A stretch of DNA of 64,000 nucleotides, taken from positions 1,056,001-1,120,000 of the forward strand of contig CAVZJB010000016.1 in the NCBI GenBank assembly GCA_963775425.1. Direction: 5' to 3'. Source of the stretch: an uncultured delta proteobacterium. Its GTDB lineage: Bacteria; Myxococcota; UBA727; VGSZ01. Position 1 is the stretch's first letter; each line of letters opens with the position of its first letter. The position numbers were made by a program, and so were the translations under genes. The notes under the pieces were generated by a model. It had not been told where the DNA came from. It saw only the letters and a list, made by a program, of their open reading frames with translations, and did no database searches. Shown one piece after another: positions 38,587 to 47,220 of the stretch.

Positions 38587-38629
38587 TGCGACGATGTAGG
38601 ACTCTCTGCACCCGCCGACGAGCGCGCCC

Positions 38630-39154
38630 CTACTTCTTCTTCGTCGTCTCTTCGTCGAGCTTCAGCTCCTTGAGCTGCGGGATGCGCTTGCCGGTGAAGT
38701 CGCGGAACTCCTCCTGCACCACGATCTCGCCTTGGCGGATGTGCTTCACCTGCCCGAGGCGCTTGCCGATCAGCGTGCCGATCTTCACGGTGTGGCCGCG
38801 ACCCGTGGGGTCCTCGACCATCGCCATCGGGGTCGCGGTGCCGACGACGACGGCGACCAGCTTCAGCTTGTCGAGGTCGATCTTCTGGAGCTCCGTGAGG
38901 TTGGCCTGGTCCTGCTGCTCGTTTTGCGAGAGCTCGTCGAAGTACGTCTTGAACGGGTCTCGCCGGTTCACCGCGTTGAAGGTGTACGAGAGGTCCTGCT
39001 GCTTGGGCTCTTCGGCGGCGGCCTCGGCGGCGGCCTCGGCCTTCTTGTCGTCCGCCTTCTTCACCACCGGCGCCGAGACGTCGCTGTCGTCTCCGCAGGC
39101 GACGGCGGCGAGGACGGTGCACGCGGCGAGCGCGGTGAGGATGATTCTACGCAT
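38630..39154 (-). CDS. pilP: Type IV pilus lipoprotein PilP
   Basis: Lipobox, RRDPF, LKLVAVV, AMVEDP.G. Confidence 0.92.
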   Translation of the reverse strand: MRRIILTALAACTVLAAVACGDDSDVSAPVVKKADDKKAEAAAEAAAEEPKQQDLSYTFNAVNRRDPFKTYFDELSQNEQQDQANLTELQKIDLDKLKLVAVVVGTATPMAMVEDPTGRGHTVKIGTLIGKRLGQVKHIRQGEIVVQEEFRDFTGKRIPQLKELKLDEETTKKK

Positions 39155-39160
39155 GATGGA

Positions 39161-39763
39161 TCACCCGCCCTTCTTTGCGGCGGCGGGCGCCGGCGTCTTG
39201 TCGAGGAAGCGATACGTCGTGGCCGTGAAGCTCGAGCCGACGACGATCTTCTTGTTCTCCAGCTTTGGCTGGTTCATCTGCAGATCGTTGACGTTCACGA
39301 TACGCGGCATCTTGGCGAGGCGGTCGAAGAACACCGCGATCTCGTTGTAGCTGCCGCGCACCGACATCTTCACGGGGAGCTGGGCGAAGTCACCCTGCTG
39401 CGACTCCGGCTGGTTCTCGAAGCGATCGAGCCGCAGACCCGACTGCTGCGCCTCGTACGCGATGTCGCGCAACAGCTTCGGGATCTCGGCTTGCTTCGGG
39501 AGCTGCTCTTCCGCTTCCCGCAGGCGCTGCTTGAGGCGCTCGACCTCGCGCATGAACTGCGTGCGGTGCTGCGCCTGTTGTTGGAGCTTCAGGAGCTGCG
39601 CCTCCTGCTTCTCGATGCGCGCCTGGTTGTCGTCCATGGTCGCCATGGCGGGATCGACGTCCATGAAGTACGCGCCGATGGCGACGAGGACGACGATGAT
39701 GCCGACCGCAATCAGCTTCTGCTGCAGCGGGATCTTGGCGAAATTCTCGAGGAGCTTCTCCAT
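39161..39763 (-). CDS. pilO: Type IV pilus protein PilO
   Basis: TM, coiled coil, QLP..EIP.LL, GSY..FFD..PRIV. Confidence 0.93.
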   Translation of the reverse strand: MEKLLENFAKIPLQQKLIAVGIIVVLVAIGAYFMDVDPAMATMDDNQARIEKQEAQLLKLQQQAQHRTQFMREVERLKQRLREAEEQLPKQAEIPKLLRDIAYEAQQSGLRLDRFENQPESQQGDFAQLPVKMSVRGSYNEIAVFFDRLAKMPRIVNVNDLQMNQPKLENKKIVVGSSFTATTYRFLDKTPAPAAAKKGG

Positions 39764-39767
39764 CTGA

Positions 39768-40316
39768 TCACCCCGCCGAGTAGTTGACCTTGCAGCCAAC
39801 TTCGAAGTTGTAGACGCTGACGCCCTCGCGGACGTCGGCCTGTGTGAACTTGAGCTGCACGTTGGAGAAGTACGGCGACTTCTGCATGACGCGCATGAAC
39901 TCGGAGATGTCGGCGTTGTCGATGGCGGAGCCCGTCATCGACAGGTTGCCGCCCGCCTCCCTGAAGTTGGTGAGCCACACCCGCTTGGGGATGGCGTTGG
40001 ACAGCTCGTCGAGCACGCGCACCGGGCCGCGCTTGCCCTTCTCGAGCTTGTCGATGACGGCGAGCTGGTTGAGGAGCCGCGACTTCTGCTGGTCGAGCTC
40101 CTTCACCTCGCCGATGATCTTCTCGAGACGTTTGATCTCGGATTGGCTGTCGGCGATCTTCTTTTCCTGCTCGGCGAGCTTGTTCGCCATGGCGAAGTGG
40201 ACGATGGCCACGACGAGCAGGGTGAACACCACCACGCCGCTCATGGCCACGAGCTGATAGATGCTCGTGTTCCGCTTCTTCTTGGCGCGTACCGGAAGAA
40301 GGTTGATGCGAATCAT
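39768..40316 (-). CDS. pilN: Type IV pilus protein PilN
   Basis: MIRINLLP motif, P..VWL. Confidence 0.95.
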   Translation of the reverse strand: MIRINLLPVRAKKKRNTSIYQLVAMSGVVVFTLLVVAIVHFAMANKLAEQEKKIADSQSEIKRLEKIIGEVKELDQQKSRLLNQLAVIDKLEKGKRGPVRVLDELSNAIPKRVWLTNFREAGGNLSMTGSAIDNADISEFMRVMQKSPYFSNVQLKFTQADVREGVSVYNFEVGCKVNYSAG

Positions 40317-40319
40317 GCT

Positions 40320-41375
40320 TTACCTCTCGTCGCCCGAGCGAAGGGCGAGTCCGACGCTCACTGCCGCCACAGGTGCCTGCGTGCGAAGGAAGTTGGGATC
40401 GAGACCGCGCGCGGCGATGTCGATGTTGCGGAACGGGTCCACGCTCTCGACCGGCACGCCCGTCTTGGCCTCGACCGCCCGCGAGAGCGCGGGGACCTTG
40501 GCGCAACCGCCGCTCAGGTAGATGCGGTTGATGGACGCGTCCGCCGACGTGGCCGCATAGAAGTCGAGCGAGCGCTGCACGTCGTTGGCGATGGTCTCGG
40601 AGACCTGCTGCATGACGCGCTCGACCTCTTGCGGGACGACGCTGTCCTGGTCGTTGCCGCCGCCGCCGATCTTGAGCGCCTCCGCCTCGTCGTACGAGAC
40701 GTTGAGCTGCTTCTGGATCTCGTCGGTGTACTGGTTGCCGCCCTGCGCGATGTCGCGCGTGAAGGCGCTGACGCCGGAGTGAACCACGTTGATGTTCACG
40801 ACGCTGGCGCCGACGTTGATGAGCGCCACCGTCTCGCCCACCGGCAGGTTGTAGTTGATCTCGAAGGCGTTCTGCACCGCGAACGAGTCGACGTCGACGA
40901 CGTGGGCGAGCAAGCCGGCCTCGCGCACCACGTTGATGTAGTCGTTGATCATGTCCTTCTTGGCGGCCACGAGCAGGACGTCCATCTGGCCCTGGTCGTT
41001 GTGGTCGTTGAGGATGGACACGTCGATGTTGACGTCGTTGATGTCGAACGGGATGTACTGCTCGGCTTCCCACTGGATGCTCTCGTCGAGCTCCTCGCGC
41101 GTCATCACGGGCAGGTTGATCTTCCTGAGGATGACGCTGTGGCCGGACACCGACACGGCGACGTCGCGCACCTTGATCTTCTGCGAGGCGATGAGCTCGC
41201 GCACCGCGTCGACGACGGCGGTCTGGTTCATGATGGAGCCGTCGACGATGGCCTCGGGCGGCAGCGGGATGATCCCGAAGCACTGCAGCTGGTAGCTGCG
41301 CCGTGACTCCTTGAGCTGGCAGACCTTGACGCTCGACGAACCGATGTCGAGGCCGATCAGGTTACCCTTCGCCAT
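40320..41375 (-). CDS. pilM: Type IV pilus protein PilM
   Basis: IGLDIGSSSVK, EAEQYIPF, LLVAAKK, LSGG, GLALR. Confidence 0.96.
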   Translation of the reverse strand: MAKGNLIGLDIGSSSVKVCQLKESRRSYQLQCFGIIPLPPEAIVDGSIMNQTAVVDAVRELIASQKIKVRDVAVSVSGHSVILRKINLPVMTREELDESIQWEAEQYIPFDINDVNIDVSILNDHNDQGQMDVLLVAAKKDMINDYINVVREAGLLAHVVDVDSFAVQNAFEINYNLPVGETVALINVGASVVNINVVHSGVSAFTRDIAQGGNQYTDEIQKQLNVSYDEAEALKIGGGGNDQDSVVPQEVERVMQQVSETIANDVQRSLDFYAATSADASINRIYLSGGCAKVPALSRAVEAKTGVPVESVDPFRNIDIAARGLDPNFLRTQAPVAAVSVGLALRSGDER

Positions 41376-41610
41376 CTTCCTGTCCCTTCTCGAAGACTTT
41401 GTCCTTCTCCTCGACGGTCATGCCGAGGGCGAGGATGATCTTCCGCTTGGTGTCCATGCGGCACGGCATGCCGGCTTCGACGCGATCGATGGTGAGCGCC
41501 GAGAGCCCCGCCTTGCGCGCCAGCTCCGCCTTGCTGAGGAGCCGCTCGTGGCGCAGCTTCTTCACGTTGTTGCGCATCTTCTCGGATGGCGTGGGGTGTT
41601 CCGCAGTCAT
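41362..41610 (-). CDS. XRE-family HTH protein upstream of pilM
   Basis: LSKAELARKAGLSALTIDRVE..CRMDTKRKIILALG. Confidence 0.88.
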   Translation of the reverse strand: MTAEHPTPSEKMRNNVKKLRHERLLSKAELARKAGLSALTIDRVEAGMPCRMDTKRKIILALGMTVEEKDKVFEKGQEDGEG

Positions 41611-41617
41611 CGCGCAC

Positions 41618-41682
41618 CAGCCTATCAGAGACCACAAAAACGCCGCAAAATACCCTATCACTCCGCGCGTAATGCGTTGATT
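41618..41682 (-). promoter_or_regulatory. Putative promoter with IHF site for the HTH-pilMNOP operon
   Basis: AATCAACGCATTA (41682-41670) matches WATCAANNNNTTR; TTGCGG-N18-TAGGCT with a TGn extended -10. Confidence 0.5.
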
Positions 41683-41705
41683 TCTCAACAGATCGACTGA
41701 GACAG

Positions 41706-42629
41706 TCAATCGATCCCGAGGCCAAACCAGGGCAGAACGCGGGCGAGGACCGCATCGCCGAAGAATGCAGCCTCGAGAGCGCCCAACGCCAGAAAAGGGC
41801 CGAAGGGGACCGCGCCGCGCGGCGGGATCCAGTCGTCGGTCTCGCTGACGGGCTTGTCTCCCTCGAGGTGTCCGCGCGATCGAAGGATGAGCCCGACGAC
41901 GGCGCCCTGGAGCGATCCGAGGAAGAGCACGAGCGGGAGCATGCGCCAGCCGAGGAAGGCCCCGATGCCCGCGAAGATGAGCGGGTCTCCCCAGCCCATG
42001 GCCATCTGATCGCCGTCGAGCTTGCCGGTGCGCCGGAAGATGCCGGTGAACACGACGACGATGCAGCCGAGGCCCAGCCCTGCCCCCGCGGCGCCGATGA
42101 GGCGGTCGATGAGATCGCGGTAGCTGTCCGTGAGGATGGCGCGGCCGCCGCCGATGACGAGGCCGGAGGATAGGAGCGCGATCCACAACGGGTGCGGCAC
42201 CGTCCACGTGTCGAGGTCGACGAAGGCGATGGCGACGAGGATGAAGACGAAGACGTAGAGCTCGAGGGAGGGGACGCTCCAACCGAAGCGCGCGACCGCC
42301 GCCATGGCGGCGACACCCATGATCGCCTCGACGAGCGGGTAGCGCGGCGAGATGGCGACGCCGCACGCGCGGCACCTGCCGCGCAGCAGGATCCACGACA
42401 GCACCGGGATGTTGTCGCGCGCAGCGATCTGCGTCTTGCACTTGGGGCAGCGCGAGCGCGGCGTGACCACGCTCAGCCCCTCGGGCACGCGCGCGATGAC
42501 GACGTTCAGGAAGCTCCCCCAGGTCGACCCGATGACGAAGGCCCACAGGAGGGAAACCGCGGCCACGGTGGGCGGCAGATCCGCCGGGCGCGCCAGCAGC
42601 GAGCGCAGGTCGTCCATCGCCGGCAGCAT
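41706..42629 (-). CDS. pilD: Prepilin peptidase PilD
   Basis: GSFLNVVI.R, PRSRCPKC, GRCRAC, ISPRYP, DLD, MGWGD, PFGPFL. Confidence 0.95.
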   Translation of the reverse strand: MLPAMDDLRSLLARPADLPPTVAAVSLLWAFVIGSTWGSFLNVVIARVPEGLSVVTPRSRCPKCKTQIAARDNIPVLSWILLRGRCRACGVAISPRYPLVEAIMGVAAMAAVARFGWSVPSLELYVFVFILVAIAFVDLDTWTVPHPLWIALLSSGLVIGGGRAILTDSYRDLIDRLIGAAGAGLGLGCIVVVFTGIFRRTGKLDGDQMAMGWGDPLIFAGIGAFLGWRMLPLVLFLGSLQGAVVGLILRSRGHLEGDKPVSETDDWIPPRGAVPFGPFLALGALEAAFFGDAVLARVLPWFGLGID

Positions 42630-42687
42630 ACGATCTTTGCGCGCCGCGACCGGATCGTCGGACGTTTCCTCGTCGGCCGAGCGCTTG

Positions 42688-43311
42688 TCAGCCCGCAGAG
42701 TCCGCGACGAGGCGGCCGAGGGCGGCGAGGCCGGCGGTGAAGGCGTGGCCGGCGCCGGGGATGGTCTGCACCCACAGGCCCGCCTGGCGCGCGGCGGCGG
42801 CGAGGCGCCCGGGCGGCGCGAGCGTGTCCTCGGCGCCGGCGACGACCGTCACCCGCGCCCCCGACGACGCGAGCGCCTCGAAGTCCACCGGGAAGCGATC
42901 GATCACGGGGGCGACGAGCACCACGCGCTCGATGTCCGGGTGACGCGCGCCGACCAACGCCGCCACCGACGCGCCGAAGGAGTACCCGACCAGGGCGCGC
43001 GCCCCGGCTTGCTCGACGGCGCGCTCGAGGTCGGCCGCCGCCTCGGCGACGTCGGCGCGCGCCACGCCGCTCGATGCCCCGACGCCGCGCCAGTTGAAGC
43101 GCAGCGTCGGGTGGCCGCAGCGCGCCAGACACCAGACGATCTCGGCGAGCACGGCGCTGTCCATGCTCCCTCCGAGCGCGGGGTGCGGCGACGCGAGCAC
43201 GACGGGCGAGGCGGGCTCGCTCCCCGCACCCGACTGCGTGAGACCTTCGAGGACGGTGTCGCCGCACTGGACGAGCGTCATCCGCTCGAGGACCTGCCCG
43301 CGCTCAACCAT
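42688..43311 (-). CDS. Alpha/beta hydrolase
   Basis: PHPALGGSMD, LRFNWRGVGAS, GYSFG, GAGHAF. Confidence 0.88.
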   Translation of the reverse strand: MVERGQVLERMTLVQCGDTVLEGLTQSGAGSEPASPVVLASPHPALGGSMDSAVLAEIVWCLARCGHPTLRFNWRGVGASSGVARADVAEAAADLERAVEQAGARALVGYSFGASVAALVGARHPDIERVVLVAPVIDRFPVDFEALASSGARVTVVAGAEDTLAPPGRLAAAARQAGLWVQTIPGAGHAFTAGLAALGRLVADSAG

Positions 43312-44062
43312 CCTCGAGGGCCTGCTCCAACGAAGCCGCCCCCTCGCCGAGCTCGTACAGGGACAGCGCCGCGCACAGGCGCACCCGCGCGACCGGATCC
43401 TGCAACGCGCGCTCGAGCTCCGCGGCGGCGCCGCTCGCCCCGAGGCGTCCCAGGGCGCGCGCGGCGGCGGCGCGCACGCCCGCGTCGTCGTCGGCGAGGG
43501 CCGCGCGCAGCACGCCTTCGCCGCGGGGATCGCCGAGGCGGCCGAGCGCCTCGGCCGCCGCCGCGGGCGCGAAGCCCTGCTCGAGCGCGGCGACGAGCCA
43601 GGGGACGACGGCGCGGTCGCCGACGCGCCCGAGGGCCCAGGCCACGGCGGCGCCGACGCCCGCGTCCTCGGTCTTGAACGCTTCGATGAGGTTCGGCACC
43701 GCCGCCCGCTCGGGGAGCCGCCCGAGCACGACGGCGGCGCCGATGACGACCCGCGGGTCGCTCGAGCGCAGCGACTTCACGATCTCCGGCAGGAGCTTGT
43801 CGCGCCCCAGCCGCACGAGCGCCGCCAACGCCGCGGCGCGCACCTGCGTGTCGCGGTCGCCCGCGCGCGTCCGCAGCGCCTTCATCGCGCGCACGTCGCC
43901 GGCCAGGCCGAGGGCGTCGGCGGCGTCGACGCGCACCCGCGGATCGGCGTCTTCGAGGAGGACCAGCAGATCGTCGACGGAGCCCGGCGTCGGCGCCCGC
44001 TCGTCGACGAGCGAGGCGTCCACCGCGCGCACGCGGTCGAGCAGATTGGCGGGGTCCGTCAT
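43304..44062 (-). CDS. HEAT-repeat (PBS lyase-like) protein
   Basis: Repeated D.D..VR.AAA.ALG units. Confidence 0.88.
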   Translation of the reverse strand: MTDPANLLDRVRAVDASLVDERAPTPGSVDDLLVLLEDADPRVRVDAADALGLAGDVRAMKALRTRAGDRDTQVRAAALAALVRLGRDKLLPEIVKSLRSSDPRVVIGAAVVLGRLPERAAVPNLIEAFKTEDAGVGAAVAWALGRVGDRAVVPWLVAALEQGFAPAAAAEALGRLGDPRGEGVLRAALADDDAGVRAAAARALGRLGASGAAAELERALQDPVARVRLCAALSLYELGEGAASLEQALEDG

Positions 44063-44131
44063 GAGCGAGGGGACACTAGCAGAGGCCCGGGCGCGGAGCG
44101 CGTGAACGTGCGCTCCGCGCCCGGGCCCCGG

Positions 44132-44160
44132 AACGAAGGAAGGCCCCGTCTCCGGGGCCC
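44132..44160 (-). terminator. Intrinsic terminator after the chromatin-like protein gene
   Basis: GGCCCCG-GAGA-CGGGGCC followed by TTCCTTCGTT on the minus strand. Confidence 0.65.
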
Positions 44161-44186
44161 TCCTCCGACTCAAAGCGAGCGTGAGC

Positions 44187-44564
44187 TCACTTCTTCTTCT
44201 TCTTGGCGGCCTTCTTGGCCTTCTTCTTCGTGGCCTTCTTCTTGGCCTTCTTCTTCGTCGCCTTCTTCTTCGTCTTCTTCTTGGCCTTCTTCTTCGCGGC
44301 CTTCTTGCTGCGCTTGCGCTTGCGGGCGGTGCCGCCGCGCGACGCCACCGAGCGGCTCACGTCGCCCTGCTTGTCGAGGTAGTAGATGAAGCCGTCTTCA
44401 CGCTTCACGTCGGTCTTGAGCACCACCTCGGGCTTGTCGCCCGGACGCTTCTTCTGGCCGCCACGCACCATGCGCGTGCGCATGATGTTGCCGTTGTCGA
44501 AGTAGTAGAGCCAGCCGGGCTCGCGCTGGATGCCCGCCTTGAAGACCTTCTCGGGATTGGCCAT
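44187..44564 (-). CDS. Basic DNA-binding protein: two CC1-like repeats plus Lys/Ala histone H1-like tail
   Basis: AGGAGAG RBS; internal repeat PEKVFKAGIQREPGWLYYFDNGNIMR / PEVVLKTDVKREDGFIYYLDKQGDVSR; tail KKAAKKKAKKKTKKK. Confidence 0.8.
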   Translation of the reverse strand: MANPEKVFKAGIQREPGWLYYFDNGNIMRTRMVRGGQKKRPGDKPEVVLKTDVKREDGFIYYLDKQGDVSRSVASRGGTARKRKRSKKAAKKKAKKKTKKKATKKKAKKKATKKKAKKAAKKKKK

Positions 44565-44781
44565 TGAGTTCTCTCTCCTGTCGCGGGGAGTCTCGTCCAC
44601 GCGTTTGTTTCGCGCCCGGCCTCGATCTCTCGACGTCACCGAACGACGAGGCACATCATGCGCGGAACCCGTTCGCGCGTCGATGATCCCGTGCGGCGCG
44701 CGCCTGGGTCGAACTTCCCTCGACGCAGCGCCCCGGGGCGGCAGAGGGCGGCGGCGGCGAAGCTCGTCGTGGAGCCGCTCA

Positions 44782-44948
44782 ATTCCCACACTTTTTCCAC
44801 AGGTTGGCGGATCGATCTTCGTGATCGATCTCAGATCGATCTCGACCACCGATCGCTCGATCACACGGAAGCTCCGCTGGGGACAGAGTTGCGTGATTGC
44901 GTTATTTATCGACCTCGAGCCACGACTATTTACGCAACTCTGTCCCCA
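44782..44948. other. Candidate replication origin / DnaA-binding regulatory region
   Basis: TTTTCCACA at 44793-44801, 8 GATC in 44810-44862, 17-bp inverted repeat 44878-44894 / 44932-44948. Confidence 0.45.
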
Positions 44949-45043
44949 ATCCCGCTGCGAGGGCGCGCCCGGGGCACGCCCGGACCTCGCTGCGCGCTCG
45001 TCGTTGCGGTTGCGGCCGCCCCGGACGGCGGCTATGCGGGGGC

Positions 45044-45931
45044 ATGCTCGACCTCCCCGGACAGGAGCGCGTGGTGCGCGCGTTGACGAACGCGCGGCAG
45101 GGTGACCGGCTGGCGCACGGCCTCCTGTTCGCCGGGCCCGCCGGCAGCGGGCGCGAGCGCGCCGCCCGCGGCCTCGCGGCGGGGCTGGTCTGCGAGCGCC
45201 AGGCGATCCCGTTCGGCTGCGGGGAGTGCCGCGCCTGCCGCAGGGCGGTCGCCGGCAACCACCCCGACGTCCACGTGTTGATGCCCGAGGCGGAGGCCGT
45301 CCGACGAGGCCTCGCGCAGCCCGACGGGAAGAAGCGCCCCTCGCCGGACATCCTCGTCGACGCCGTCCGAGAGCTCGCCGTGCGGCTGCGCATGACCGCG
45401 TACGAGGGCGGCGCCCGCGTGGCCATCATCGTCGACGCGCACCGGATGAACGCCAACGCCCAAAACGCCCTCTTGAAGACCCTCGAGGAGCCCGCGCCGT
45501 CGACGTTCCTGGTGCTCATCGTGCCTCACGAGCGCACGGTCCTGCCGACCATCGCCTCCCGCTGCCTGCGCGTCTTGTTCGCGCCGGTGCCGGCGAGCCC
45601 CGTCGAGCCCTCCGCCGCAGGCGAGGGCCTCCTGCGCGCGCTCCTGTCGGGGTCGGCGCTCGAGCGGCTCGACGCCGCCGAGGGGCTCGGCAAGGAGCGC
45701 GCAGACGTGGACGCCGCGCTCAAGGACCTCCAGCGCCGGATCGCCGACGCCGCGCGTGCCGACGCCGCGCGCGCCGACGCCGCCGGGGGGTCCGCCGGCG
45801 CGCTCCCCTGGCGCACGGGGGCCGCGCTCCTCGAGCGCGTCGCCGCGGCGCGCGCCGCCATCGCCCAGAACGCGTCGGTGCAGCTCTGCCTCGAGGAGCT
45901 CTTGCTTTCGGGAACGGCGCCGACACGCTAG
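45044..45931 (+). CDS. holB: DNA polymerase III delta-prime subunit
   Basis: LAHGLLFAGPAG, C..CGECRAC, HPD, AQNALLKTLEEP, LPTIASRC. Confidence 0.9.
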   Translation: MLDLPGQERVVRALTNARQGDRLAHGLLFAGPAGSGRERAARGLAAGLVCERQAIPFGCGECRACRRAVAGNHPDVHVLMPEAEAVRRGLAQPDGKKRPSPDILVDAVRELAVRLRMTAYEGGARVAIIVDAHRMNANAQNALLKTLEEPAPSTFLVLIVPHERTVLPTIASRCLRVLFAPVPASPVEPSAAGEGLLRALLSGSALERLDAAEGLGKERADVDAALKDLQRRIADAARADAARADAAGGSAGALPWRTGAALLERVAAARAAIAQNASVQLCLEELLLSGTAPTR

Positions 45932-45940
45932 AGGAACGTC

Positions 45941-46519
45941 GTGGCGAAGGACCTCCTCAAGTGGGCGGCGGTGTTGAGCGTCCCCGCGCTCTCGTTCGTC
46001 GTGGGCGCCGTCGCCCTGCCCCACCCGAAGCCCGTCTCCGAGGAGAAGGAGTCCGTGGACCGTGAGGCGCTCGGGGCGGCGGTGTCGCGTATCCGGCCCT
46101 CGCCCAGGAGCACGGTCGACGCCGAGCTCGGCGACGCCGTCAAGGTGCTCGGGGCAGACTGCCCTCAGGACGCGTTGTCCCGCGGGGCGCGGCTGTCGTG
46201 CCGCTTCTACTTCGAGGACACCGCCGAGCTCGACCGCGACTGGATGATCTTCGTGCACATCGACGCGCGCCGGGGCTCCTACCGCATCCACGGCGACCAC
46301 TTCCCGGTGCACGGCAAGTACGCGACCACGCTGTGGCAGCCCGGCGACTTCATCGGCGACGACTGGTCCTCGACGGTGCCGCGCGACGCCGCCCCCGGCG
46401 TCTACGACGTGTGGATCGGCTTCTACATCGGCGATGAGCGCCTGCCGTTTTCCGGCGGGGACCCCGCGGCGCACGACAAAGACAACCGCGTGCGCGTGGC
46501 GACCCTCGTGGTGGAGTGA
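45941..46519 (+). CDS. Membrane-anchored Ig-like hypothetical protein
   Basis: TM, then IFVHID..DH.P..W.PGD..PG.Y.VWIGFY. Confidence 0.7.
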   Translation: MAKDLLKWAAVLSVPALSFVVGAVALPHPKPVSEEKESVDREALGAAVSRIRPSPRSTVDAELGDAVKVLGADCPQDALSRGARLSCRFYFEDTAELDRDWMIFVHIDARRGSYRIHGDHFPVHGKYATTLWQPGDFIGDDWSSTVPRDAAPGVYDVWIGFYIGDERLPFSGGDPAAHDKDNRVRVATLVVE

Positions 46520-47089
46520 ATGCTCGTCGCCCTGGACCTCGGCGGGGTCATCGCCGACGTCGACCACACGAACGTGGACCGCGCCCTCGGCATCGACGCC
46601 GCCGCCCGCGAGCGCGCCTTCTTCGACGGAGGTCTGCACGACGGGCTGACCGTGGGCGCCGTGGACGGCGAGACCTTCGCGCGCGCCGCCGCCGAGCGGC
46701 TCGCGCTGCCGCCGGCGCAGGTGCGGGCGGCGTGGGCGCTGGTGGTGAACGTGACGACGGCGGGGCGCGCGCTCGTCGACGAGCTCCTGGCTTGCGGAGC
46801 GACCGTACACCTGTGGAGCAACACCGACCCGATTCACCTCGAGCGCATGCGGGCGCAGCTCCCCGCCGGCGTCGGCGCCCGGACGGCGTCGTACGTCCTC
46901 GGCGCGATGAAGCCGCAGCCGGCGTTCTACGCGCGCGCGCGCGCGCTCGGCGAGCCCGCGGTGTTCCTCGACGACCTGGAGGCGAACGTCGCCGCCGCGC
47001 ACGCCGCGGGGGTGACCGCGCGCGTGTGTCGCGGCGCCGCCGAAGCCCGGGCGATCCTTGTCTCGCTCGGCATCGTTCCCGCTCGCTGA
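46520..47089 (+). CDS. HAD-family phosphatase
   Basis: DLGGVI motif I, SNT, KP, FLDDLEANV. Confidence 0.85.
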   Translation: MLVALDLGGVIADVDHTNVDRALGIDAAARERAFFDGGLHDGLTVGAVDGETFARAAAERLALPPAQVRAAWALVVNVTTAGRALVDELLACGATVHLWSNTDPIHLERMRAQLPAGVGARTASYVLGAMKPQPAFYARARALGEPAVFLDDLEANVAAAHAAGVTARVCRGAAEARAILVSLGIVPAR

Positions 47090-47220
47090 GGGGCGCCGGC
47101 GTCTGAGGCCCGTGCTCGCGCGCAGCGGCGGCGGCGCGACGTGCGGCCATCGGCCCCACGGAGAGCTGCAGCACCTCGAGGTTCGCCCCCGCCGCTGGCG
47201 CGGTGTAGGGTGCGCGCGCC

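Noticed and set aside
38449-38629. c-di-GMP/cGAMP (GEMM) riboswitch upstream of pilQ
   Set aside because: Plausible context, but the GGCAAA..GCAAA two-stem consensus is not present on the sense strand
44886-44912. dif site
   Set aside because: No XerD arm (TTATGTTAAAT-like) with 11-6-11 geometry
44530-45105. ORFs crossing the candidate origin (44530..45105, 44658..45086)
   Set aside because: Atypical codon usage, no RBS, no recognisable domain
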